Both the position numbers and the translations under genes were made by a program. From positions 1-36,976 of the forward strand of contig NIVC01000979.1 in the NCBI GenBank assembly GCA_002269645.1: 36,976 nt of DNA, written 5' to 3'. Positions within the stretch are counted from its first letter, which is position 1; each line of letters begins with the position of its first letter. The notes under the pieces were generated by a model. The model ran no database searches. It was not told the origin of the DNA and saw nothing but the letters and a program-made list of their open reading frames with translations. Below, one piece after another: positions 21,601 through 33,083 of the stretch. This DNA comes from Macrostomum lignano (lineage: Eukaryota).

Positions 21601-24600
21601 GATTTGGAGCGGAGATGTTGGCAATATCTTGCTTAAAAACGGAAAACGTCTTATCTAGCTAATTTACTCGGACTTTTTAGCGAAAACTACGATTTTCAAG
21701 CTCAATTCATGTCCGGGGGCACGTCTATCGCGTACAAGAATATGCTGTTTATAGAAATTCATCCCTATATATGTTGCTACGTTGAAAAAATGACAATATT
21801 TCTGTTTCCCAAAACAATTCGTTTAGGTGAAGCGCCTCACTGAAGAAGAGCAGAAAGCCGCTAGGAAGGCAGCGGCTAAAGCCGCCGCCGCTGCCGCCGC
21901 TGCCGCCTCGACTGCCGCAGCTCATCGCAAGCCGGGCGCTCTGCCGCCAGTTGCTGAAGGAAAACCTGGCGAAGCCGCCGGACGACCGGGAGCCTCATCC
22001 GACCGACTAACCGACCCCGTTGTTGGCCGCGGTGGCCGATTTGCCGGGACGCTAACCGGGGCACGACGACCGGACTTTGTGGCAGCAGCCGCGACCCGGC
22101 CCGGCCGGTTCCAGCGCAGCTGGTCGGTCAGCGACGACGACGACGATGACGATGGAGATTCAAATTCTGGCGCCCGCGGTGGCCAACCGAAGCAGGACGA
22201 TGCCGTTGAGTTGGCCAGCGCCGTCAGCGTTGGTTCAGCTTCGCCCAGACCGTCGGAAGATTTTGAAAGCACCGATTCGCTGGCTAATTACAAAATCACC
22301 GTGCCCGAGGAGCTGGTCAGGCGGGCCGCCACGGCGCTGAGCAGCAATCAGCTGGTGGCCAGTCGCGTCGCGTCATCCATGGTGACCCGCACGGCACCGC
22401 AGCCGCCTGGCGGGGGAGATGAAAATTTGGAATCCGGCGGACAGGAGGGCAGGACAAGAGAGATGGCTGTTCATATGGCTAAGTAAGTTTATTAACAGTA
22501 GCATGTCGTGCCTTTTTATGAGATATGAAATTGCAGCAGAAATTCCATCTACATATAGAACGGGTAGTAATAGAAAATTGTGACCATTAACAAATGTAAC
22601 CTGCTCCTTGTGAAGACCTAATAGGCGTCTCAATGATTATTTTAAAAATGGTCAAATATGGACAATTCAATTTTGTCACCTTTTGCATCAGTCGGTGATT
22701 TGATGATCGACTTAGTTGACGGCGGTCAAAGAGCTTCGAAATGTGTATGCATATGATTGGAAACCACTTAAACACTGCAGGCACAAGCTGATGTCAGACA
22801 CCGTCCACCTGCTCCTTGAACGCGGCGCCGACCCGAACGCATCTGCCGTCCCCTTTCCCGCCCTGTTCTTCGCGGTGAAGTCCGGCGACGTTGACATGAC
22901 TCGCCAATTGCTGCTTCGCGGAGCCGACGTCCGTGCTCGTCTGGAAGCGTCGCGCGGCGGCCTAACGGCGCTGCACATCGCCGTCGCGCTGCCGGGCGAG
23001 CCGAGCGTCACCATCACGGAGCTGCTGCTGCACAGCCTGGCGTATCCTGACGCCCGAGCTGTGCCGGACGATTCCTTTCTCGATCGAACTATGGAAGAGG
23101 ATTGGTCGCGCGACGAGATCACGGACGAGCAGAAAATGCTTCTTGGCGGTAGGACTCCGCTGCAGATTGCCGCTTCGAGAGAGGATGAGCACCGGGTGAG
23201 ACTGGGGCCTCGGATTGGTAAATTTTTATCATAATTGCTATTGAAGATTGTTACAGGGGAAGGGTTAGCTCACTGAGGGTATGCATGGATCGGGATTATC
23301 TGCTTGCCTCCTCGGCTGCGGATGGATCGTCGCCTCGATTTGCGTTGGTCAGCTCAAAACTTTACTTGACTAAAACATAAAACGTGAATCAATAAAAACT
23401 GTTCCTATTTTCTTGCCCGAGGAACCAACGAAACCAAAATTGTTAAGGTAAAATTCAAATGATTTCATTGATAAATCAAAATTAAGTAAGTGGCCTAGTC
23501 ATCGTATTATTCTCTACTTCATATTATGTCACTCATTTGTCATCACCGACCTGCATCCAAGCCGTGCACCATTCAGTATTCAACGTCAATGCATAACAGA
23601 AACACAAACGCCCCAATGCGTTCTTCAGATCACATGTTTTATTGACTTGTAATAACCTCAGCGTATCAACAAAGTATCTGCGTCGAGCCCAAACTCTTAC
23701 CAAATAATTCTCTGAATTTTCAGCGAGCCCACCAAATTGTTCGCCTATTGCTGGAACACAAGGCCAATCCCAATCTGCTTTGCAACGGAAATAATGCTCT
23801 GACGCTGGCTGTTCAAAGCGGAAATGACGCAGTGAGTTCCTGTTGGTTTTAGCGCTATTGATCAACAAAGTAAATCATGAATATTTAAATCTTAAATTGT
23901 TAAGAAAGCAATCAAAGAAACTTACAAGATGCGTAAAGTTTTAGCACCGCACAACGTTGAGTAGGACGACAATTACTCCGTCATGAAAACTGCCTAGAGA
24001 GCATCCGTGTCCTTGTCAATTTAAAAATTCATAGTCTATTTCACTCTGAACTGAACACTTCGTTTCCAGCACACTTGTTTTTTGAATTAGTAATGATCCC
24101 CACATGTGATTCCCAGCTGCACTGACCTACGGGTTGAGCTAATTATACTTGTCTATTTACTAATTAAATCATGCAACGAATTTATCCGATAAACAAACCG
24201 ATAGTCACTGACCTGATGCATAAATCTGTAGCAACTCCGTCCCAAGCATGGCAGCGTCAGCACGATTCGGGAGCTTCTGGACTTTAATCGACGCTTAGCC
24301 ATGCTGGAGCCTCAAACTCTGATGCTCACGGCAGCAGAGGGAAAAGCTCAGCAAAGTGCAACTTACAGTCCAGACTGCAAGATGGCTCGGTCGATGACCA
24401 TGTTTCGTCGAGAACCGATCCAGCAGATCTGATTGCTAATTTCATCGATAAGATGGACACGTCCGAGATGGACAGTGTTCGTTAAAAGATCACTCGCTAC
24501 TTTATGAATAATTGCCAACGACACCATTAAACTGCACAATATTTATTATTCGTGTCTACTATATCACCCGCGTATATCAAACAATAGCTGCAAATATGTT

Positions 24601-27600
24601 CGGGTATCAGGATATCTCGAGACACTCTATGTTATTACCAAGGTCTTAATTATTAATTACACAAGACAAAACCTAAAGTTACACACTCTTCAATTTACCG
24701 GTTTTTGGTCTTCAAACACAATTTATATTACTTCGGATTCACGTGCTACTCGAATTTAAATGAATTCACAATAATCACTTTAAAGCTCTATTCCATCACG
24801 TGCATGACAACACGGTACACTAATTTTGATAAATAAATTTCACCAAACTTTTGCTAAACTTCAGGCCATAGACGAGCTGCTAGCCCACAATGCCAACGTC
24901 AACTTGGCTTTGTCTCACGGTGTCGGCAGTGCCCTCTGCGCAGCCTCCAACATCGCCTACGAGGATAAACGCCAACTTAGAGGCCGCCTGGATCTAGTGA
25001 GCGCTTGGGATACATTGAAAACCTTCACTGCTACTCCTGAAATACCTAACTAAACACTGTTTAGCCCCATTTTAGAATCTAACCATTAGTTTCTAACACC
25101 CATCAACTTCAGATCGACAAGCTCATGGACGCCGGCGCGGACATACTGCAGCCAATAGCCATTGGTGTCAAACGACAGCTTGGCACGGCTGTAGACTACG
25201 GATGGCAGTCCTACTACCTGGACAAGCGCGTAGCCTTCTCTCCCTACCATGCTCTCAACCCGGTTGAACGTCAAGCCTTCCAAGATCGCAACGTCGTGCT
25301 GAAGCATCTCAGCAATCGACTTCGCGAGAAGGCGGTAGAACGAGAGCGGCGCCGGCTTGAAGAAGAAGAAGCTGACGGCGTTGTTAGTGAGTTCAATCGT
25401 CAGTTTTGTTTATTTGTTTGCTCGGAAATTTCAGAGTTCCAGACTTCTATCTAGGTCGGACACCAGCATGGGCTATAGAAGCACGCTGTGGCTTGTGGGC
25501 ATAATAAAATTCTGAAAGTTCTAGGAAATTCTAGGAAACTACCACAGACAGTCTCGATTAATAGATTAATACGCTCGTAGAGCTTTCATCAAACCTGCAA
25601 AGGCAAACTCATTTTTGGGAATAAGTCCTCTTACTTTTATCCAACCCTTCATTAAACTATATATGCAGCAAGCATGTACTATTCAATTTTTAGATCGCGA
25701 GAAAATCAAGGGTGAAGCAGAATTATGTTTTCTCCTTGTTTACATATAAATGCTATGGTTTTCGTAGATACACTGTACTACATCTTATTTCGTTGAGCTA
25801 TGAGTTGAGCAAACTATTTTGGTTATTCTGATTTCTGTTAAAAGGGTCTTTCATCTTCATAGTCACGTATTTCTCTCAGTATTTAACTTTACTTTTCATC
25901 CAAGATATTTTTGTTTGAATTTGAATTGAATTTAAATATTATAGATTCTCTAAGCGCGCCAATTTGAATTGATCAATTTAAAGTAAGCGGACTAAAAAAA
26001 ACAAATATTCTCTTTGACAACTTTCAAGGCCGAGGGCCGAGCGAGAATTTTGTGTACACCGGTGCGGGCGCTTCAATGCCGGGCACGCGCGACTCCGGTG
26101 ACGAGTTTCTTCGTCAGCAGGAAGTCATCGTCCGGTGAGTTCTTCTCCTTCCCGCTACTATAAGTAGGATAATTCAAACATTCGGAAAACTAGTTTGGAT
26201 TGTCAAGCGATTCACACCCTTGAAGACTAACCCCAAGTCACAGAGAGTGTACATGCTGGACGATTAGAAAGTCTAGGCCGCTGTACACTTGTGTGAGCAT
26301 CTGTGCATGCTCAGGTAACAGCGGACTGCGTGATTCATAGGAGCTACGTTTGCCAACACAATAACTGAAAAACCGAAAATTATTATTTAATTTCAGATTT
26401 AAAACCAGAAAAGAAAGGTTTGTATTATTAGTTAGTGCAATTTAGATTTTCTACTTATAATTTGTTATCTAAACTGTTTCAGCTTCAGTTTAAAAGCATC
26501 ATTGTCAGTGTCTTCTTTTAGAAGCGCGGAGCGCTATTTCTTGAGTAGCTAGACTAGACATAATCTATCAGTATAACTGCATCAATTCTTGCCAGAGTAG
26601 TATGATGCTTTTGTTTGTTTCAGAAATTGTAGCTTAGGCGAATATTTTTTATGTAAAAAATGGGGTTTGACTGTTTGACTCTTATTTTAGTTCTTGGCTC
26701 AGTTTTTGCTGTGTGGAAGCACTCCTTATATTTGTCCTTGTTCATTAAAGATTATTTGAGAGGGCTTGTTTAATGGACCATCGAGGTTCTTGAGAAATTT
26801 TTAAGCCCAGTTTTTCACGCTGATGTCAGACTGTCTCTCTCTCTTCATCGGCTCTGATGTCAGACTGTCTCTCTCTCTTCATCGGCTCTGATGTCAGACT
26901 GTCTCTCTCTCTCTTCATCGGTTCTGATGTCAGACTGTCTCTCTCTCTCTTCATCGGTTCTGATGTCAGACTGTCTCTCTCTCTCTTCATCGGTTCTGAT
27001 GTCAGACTATCGGTTCTGATGTCAGACTGTCTCTCTCTCTCTTCATCGGTTCTGATGTCAGACTGTCTCTCTCTCTCTTCATCGGTTCTGATGTCAGACT
27101 GTCTCTCTCTCTCTTCATCGGTTCTGATGTCAGACTTCAGACTGTCTCTCTCTCTTCATTGGTTCTGATGTCAGACTGTCTCTCTCTCTTCATTGGTTCT
27201 GATGTCAGACTGTCTCTCTCTCTTCATTGGTTCTGATGTCAGACTGTCTCTCTCTCTTCATCGGTTCTGATGTCAGACTTCAGACTGTCTCTCTCTCTTC
27301 ATCGGTTCTGATGTCAGACTGTCTCTCTTTCTTCATTGGCGCTGATGTCAGACTGTCTCTCTCTTTCTTCATTGGCTCTGATGTCAGAATGTCTCTCTCT
27401 TTCTTCATTGGCTCTGATGTCAGACTGTCTCTCTCTTTCTTCATTGGCTCTGATGTCAGACTGTCTCTCTTTATTCATTGGCTCTGATGTCAGAATGTCT
27501 CTCTCTCTTCATTGGTTCTGATGTCAGAATGTCTCTCTTTCTTCATTGGTTCTGATGTCAGACTGTCTCTCTCTTTCTTCATTGGCTCTGATGTCAGACT

Positions 27601-30318
27601 GTCTCTCTTTATTCATTGGCTCTGATGTCAGAATGTCTCTCTCTCTTCATTGGTTCTGATGTCAGAATGTCTCTCTCTCTTCATTGGTTCTGATGTCAGA
27701 ATGTCTCTCTTTCTTCATTGGTTCTGATGTCAGACTGTCTCTCTCTTTCTTCATTGGCTCTGATGTCAGAATGTCTCTCTCTTTCTTCATTGGCTCTGAT
27801 GTCAGACTTCAGACTGTCTCTCTCTCTTCATTGGTTCTGATGTCAGACTTCAGACTGTCTTTCTCTTTCCATCGGTTCTGATATTAGACTTTCCATTTTT
27901 TCCATTGTCTTTCCATTAGACTTTCCATAATCTTCATCTCCTTGAATACATTAACCATGAGTATCTGGCTGGAAAGACACGTCACCATCAAGAGAATCCC
28001 TCCACGACGCAGGCGTCCAATCTTCAAGTACTGCTACGACTGCGGCCGATCAGTGGGCGTCCGGTTGACTCCGTGCACTCGCTGCAAAGAGGTCTACTTC
28101 TGCGGCAAGGCCTGCAAAGTGCGCGCCTGGAACGACCGGCACAAAGACGAATGCCAACGTGTTGGCGGCGGCGCCGGGGCCGCAGGTCGGAAAACCGACG
28201 CCAGTCGAATCGACAGTCCGACTCCGGCTACTGACGCGGACAGAGGCTTGAGCAAGCCGCGAGTTCGCGACCTGAGCAAACACCTGGCCGAACTGCGGAT
28301 GCGCAATCCGATGAAAGGTCGCAGCAAGAGCGCCGTAGGAGCTGGCGTTGGAGGTGATTTCTTGCTTCTGCAAATCACTTTTGATAATGGGGATGTCAAC
28401 TTAAGCAAAATGGAATGGAGCCAAAAGTTACTATCCGAATCAAAGTGACTATCAAGCTAGAAGTTCTGTAGCCATTGAAAGTACAAACCTTCTCCAAAGG
28501 AGGGGCCTGCTGAGATGAGATGTCTCATTACCTGTGGTATTGCATCATTCAGTTGGATATTCAATTTGATCTTTGAGGCATTGGGATAGACACAATTATC
28601 CAAATGCCTCAAAGATCAAATTGAATATCCAACTATATTGGGATAATTGAATCCCAATTATCCCAATTATCCCAATACAGGCACATGGACAGACACCAGG
28701 ACACCATTTAGACAGGCACTTGGACAGACACCAGGACACCAATTAGACAGGCACTTGGACAGACACCAGGACACCAATTAGACAGACACTTGGACAGACA
28801 CCAGGACACCAATTAGACAGACACCAGGACACCAATTAGACAGGCACTTGGACAGACACCAGGACACCAATTAGACAGACACTTGGACAGACACCAGGAC
28901 ACCAATTAGACAGACACTTATACAGACACCAAGACACCAATTAGACAGACACCAGGACACCAATTAGACAGACACCAGCATACCAATTCGACAGGCACTT
29001 GGACAGACACCAGGATACCAATTAGACAGGCACTTGGACAGACACCAGGACACCAATTAGACAGACACCAGGACACCAATTAGACAGGCACTTGGACAGA
29101 CACCAGGACACCAATTAGACAGACACTTGGACAGACACCAGGACACCAATTAGACAAGCACTTGGACAGACACCAGGACACCAATTAGACAGACACCAGC
29201 ATACCAATTAGACAGGCACTTGGACAGACACCAGGATACCAATTAGACAGGCACTTGGACAGACACCAGGACACCAATTAGACAGACACCAGGACACCAA
29301 TTAGACAGGCACTTGGACAGACACCAGGACACCAATTAGACAGGCACTTGGACAGACACCAGGACACCAATTAGACAGACACTTGGACAGACACCAGGAC
29401 ACCAATTAGACAGGCACTTGGACAGACACCAGGACACCAATTAGACAAGCACTTGGACAGACACCAGGACACCAATTAGACAGACACTTATACAGACACC
29501 AAGACACCAATTAGACAGACACCAGGACACCAATTAGACAGACACCAGCATACCAATTAGACAGGCACTTGGACAGACACCAGGACACCAATTAGACAGA
29601 CACTTGGACAGACACCAGGACACCAATTAGACAGACACTTATACAGACACCAAGACACCAATTAGACAGACACCAGGACACCAATTAGACAGACACCAGC
29701 ATACCAATTAGACAGGCACTTGGACAGACACCAGGATACCAATTAGACAGGCACTTGGACAGACACCAGGACACCAATTAGACAGACACTTGGACAGACA
29801 CACTAAGATGCACTAAGAATACCAAATCTTACGCACAAACCAAAGAGTAGATAGCCAAGTCAACTAAGCATTTGGTAAACTTTGCTTTAGCTTTGTAAGT
29901 CTCTTTGATGCTTTGTGCTAAGTAAGTCTTAGCCTTTCAATAGCTAGCTGAGCTTGACCACTCCAACTAAATGTAGTCCTTAACTACGCCTTCAGGTGCG
30001 AGAGACTTCTCACCTACGCACGGCGGCGGTAAGCTGCCACCGATCAAGGGCCAACACCAGCAGCAGCTCCTGATGCAGCAGCAGCAACAGCGCGCCCTAC
30101 TCAACAGAAAGCTTCAACAGCAAGGTGGAAAAGCTGGCAATGGCACCGCAGCTGGCGGTTCGTCCCTTCCTGAGGGCGTCTCCTACAAGTACAGCAACGG
30201 GCGCTACATCCTGGTTGATTCGCTTGGCAGACCTCTTAAAGGTCCGTACTATCAGCAATTAATGATGACGGGCATCGGCAGCGATGGCAGCCTGCCAGAC
30301 AATTATAGCTTCGAGTGA
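18695..30318 (+). CDS. ANKMY1: Ankyrin repeat and MYND domain-containing protein 1 (MORN repeats + ankyrin repeats + MYND zinc finger), ~1312 aa
   Basis: 13 exons: 18695-18896, 18976-19070, 19397-20106, 20251-20533, 21083-21376, 21827-22482, 22781-23195, 23724-23831, 24865-24996, 25113-25386, 26029-26134, 28013-28353, 29996-30318. They total 3939 nt with all phases compatible. Kozak-like gcaccATGg start. Six full MORN repeats (YxGxFxxDxRxGxG), ankyrin repeats ([22 protein letters not shown]), MYND CYDC..CTRC..CGKAC..HKDEC. The 3' boundary of exon 12 (28353) is the least certain junction. Confidence 0.92.
26821..27890. repeat. ~34-bp compound minisatellite (TCTGATGTCAGACTG(TC)nTTCAT[C/T]GG[T/C]) in ANKMY1 intron 11
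   Basis: The repeat is visible directly. It has an internal TCTGA-TG-TCAGA palindrome and a variable (CT)n tract. Confidence 0.95.
28551..28634. other. Near-perfect 38-bp-stem hairpin (8-nt loop) in ANKMY1 intron 12
   Basis: AGTTGGATATTCAATTTGATCTTTGAGGCATTGGGATA / GACACAAT / TATCCAAATGCCTCAAAGATCAAATTGAATATCCAACT, one mismatch. Confidence 0.9.
28680..29800. repeat. Minisatellite with alternating 35-bp and 23-bp units (GGACAGACACCAGGACACCAATTAGACAGGCACTT) in ANKMY1 intron 12
   Basis: The repeat is visible directly, with higher-order re-use of variant blocks (e.g. acttatacagacaccaagac). Confidence 0.95.
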
Positions 30319-31850
30319 CCTTGACCTTTGATTGGTCGCTACGTTGATGTCTTTTTGCAGTTTGAGAAGCTTAAAACCTCGCGATTTTGATATGTAGTAT
30401 ACCAGTGCAAGCTACAATGTTCAAAACTAGCCTGTGACAGTTTTCACACTCGATAATCTCTGGTCCAGACAGTTATATAGCTTTTGACCATAGACTGAGT
30501 AATTAGGAGCGTTCGATGGGTTATAAAATGAGTTTTAGTCGTCTACCTATACGTGTTAAAACGAGGCTGAATGGCATAGCAAGCCACCAGCTAAGAATGT
30601 CTATGACCAAAAGCCTATTGATTTAGTGAAAATCTAGCGGGCGGGGCCTGAAACGCCAAGACTGTCTGTGGTAAATCTAAGTATACTGCTAGTAGTATAT
30701 CAAAATGATGATAATTTAAGAGAATCGTTTAAACTATTGCAAGTAACAGACAGTTCTTTATATGTTCCTGACGTTGTTGTAGTAACATTTTAGATAATTC
30801 GTAGCTTTTAGACAGCCGTCCATTGTTGTTTTAATAGCTAAACAGAATCGTTTTAAGTTCAGACTAGCGTGTACACGTATAGACTTTGATTGGTTGGATT
30901 TTTCCGTCAGCCTTTTTGTAATTTTGTTTTAAACTGAACTACTGCTGCTGTTGTGTGTGCGTGTTCCTTTCAGCACTTTATTTTCCAAGAAAGCACAATC
31001 TATGCTGCTGCGTTTCCTCTTTCGTTAGTTTTTGTTGCTTTCTTTTTCTATTTACAAATTTGATTTTTTAAGTATCCCAATAAATATTTTGTTATACTAG
31101 CTTATATCTGAAATGGCTTAAAGAAAATGAAATATCGTGTAATTAAATATTCGAATTTTGTGCCGCTTCTGATACACTGCTGCTAATTATGACAAGAACT
31201 TTCATTTTCTGTCTATTTTTGCTATTAATGAAAACACGCTTTGTTTATCTGAATCCCAGTCGATTGGCTAAACTGCTGAATAATATTTTAAATTGAAGGC
31301 CTAAGCGTTTTTTCGTTAATTTTTTATGTTACAGTTTTATCAATAGAAATGATTTTTTAGACATGGCTGAACTTCTAAATCTGTATCATTATTTTGAATT
31401 CGCGTGTCTAAAATGTCTAGAATGCACTTATATTTTGCGCCGTTAGTGATGTTATTTCTATAAGTCTGATTTATTTTTACGCAGCCAGGGACAGTTTCCC
31501 TGCTGCTAACGCTTCTCTGCTAAAGGCAACCCTATCTATAAGGACGCTTTCTTTAAAAAAAACGGCTCCTTGTCAGAATAAATTATTTTGTTCTGCTTGC
31601 GAACAAATAATTTATTTGTCATTGTTACGCGCGCTATAAATTTAGATCTCTAATAGTTGCTTGATTTAGTTAGCAAGCCTTAATCTCTATACTGTACTAC
31701 GAAATAATCTTCTTAATGCTTCTAATGTTCAATAAAAACTATATTTTGATCATTTCGATGGATTAAATGTGCCGATGAGAAACTGTTTAAGGATTATGAT
31801 AATCCTGATTTATTTCGATGCAACACAAGTGGGTGTTAACAAGATTTGGC

Positions 31851-32206
31851 GGCTTTAGCACCAGGGGCTTTAGCACCAGGGACTTTAGCACCAGGGGCTT
31901 TAGCACCAGGGGCTTTAGCACCAGGGACTTTAGCACCAGGGACTTTAGCACCAGGGACTTTAGCACCAGGGACTTTAGCACCAGGGACTTTAGCACCAGG
32001 GACTTTAGCACCAGGGACTTTAGCACCAGGGGCTTTAGCACCAGGGGCTTTAGCACCAGGGACTTTAGCACCAGGGACTTTAGCACCAGGGACTTTAGCA
32101 CCAGGGCTTTAGCACCAGGGACTTTAGCACCAGGGACTTTAGCACCAGGGACTTTAGCACCAGGGGCTTTAGCACCAGGGACTTTAGTACCAGGGACTTT
32201 AGCACC
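31851..32206. repeat. 15-bp minisatellite (G[G/A]CTTTAGCACCAGG), ~23 copies, intergenic
   Basis: Gives 5-aa repeat ORFs (TLAPG / FSTRD). One 14-bp unit near 32105. Confidence 0.96.
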
Positions 32207-33083
32207 TGAATGCTTGGGTATTAATATAGAGGCGCCAGCACAAGGGGCGCAGTTTCATTTAACGGTCTCTAAAGCTGTTGTTTTAGGGGCCAATCGTTTA
32301 AATGCAATTGTACCACATGGCCTGTTTGCTTGGCGAGCAAATTATCTGTGCCTGTTAACTTATTAACGACCGCTAACAACAAGATGTCTATGGTCGAATC
32401 TCTATTAATCGCCCGCAAATAGTGGGCACTTAAGACTATCAACTGAACGAAAATTTCTGAAATTTATTTTGTCGAAAACAAAAATAGTCTATGGTGGTGA
32501 GTGGGGCTCCTTCCACAGGCCGCCATCACTAGCTGTCATTGTGATTGATATGAGCGTCTATCATAGAATGCTTGGGTATTAATATACGATAATCACATGC
32601 TCTGGCACGCTTAGCACGCATGAACTAAATTATACCGGTAGTGAGGAGGTCATTTTTTAACTGACTGTGCCTATAGCTTTCAATCTGAGTCTGCTTTCGT
32701 CATACTAATAACTATTCGGTAGAAAAAAACACAACACGAATGAAAGAGCGAGAGTTTTAGTGTCAGGCCACACTGGTCACAACTCCTGGCTTGTATCGGC
32801 TCACTATCTGCCAGCTAGTCAGCTCTGCACAGCTGAATGAAATTCTCAGAACTGCAGCCTGGCACAGCAGCAACTCGGCTAACACTGTCATTTGCCAATG
32901 CTTATCGCGATCCTCTTAGCAGTAAAAGCAGTGTTATCTGCTTTGCCAAGTCGAAGAGCCGTTGGTGAGAAAGTTACCGAAGTGAAAAAGGTTCAATAAA
33001 ACAAGCAACTTTCATTTTCGAGGATTGGAAGTTTCCAATTTTATAGTTTTTTAATAGACAGCAGAAATAACTGTGCAGTCTGA

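Noticed and set aside
19301-23192. Numerous antisense and alternate-frame ORFs over the GC-rich ANKMY1 exons
   Set aside because: They are shadows of high-GC coding sequence with no recognisable domains. The same applies to overlaps on the integrin and lectin exons.
26857-27881. SDVRLSLS / LMSDCLSL repeat ORFs
   Set aside because: These come from the compound minisatellite in ANKMY1 intron 11.
31787-32366. LAPGT / FSTRD / LKSLV repeat ORFs (collagen- or adhesin-like look)
   Set aside because: These come from a 15-bp intergenic minisatellite that is open in several frames, with no splice or signal context.
32898-32964. Short hydrophobic ORF MLIAILLAVKAVLSALPSRRAV ending at a GTGAGA donor, a possible alternative signal-peptide exon
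   Set aside because: The phase-compatible acceptors (33058, 33079) lead into a TGA at 33081 just before the lectin ATG. At most it is a uORF or UTR exon unless an indel is present.
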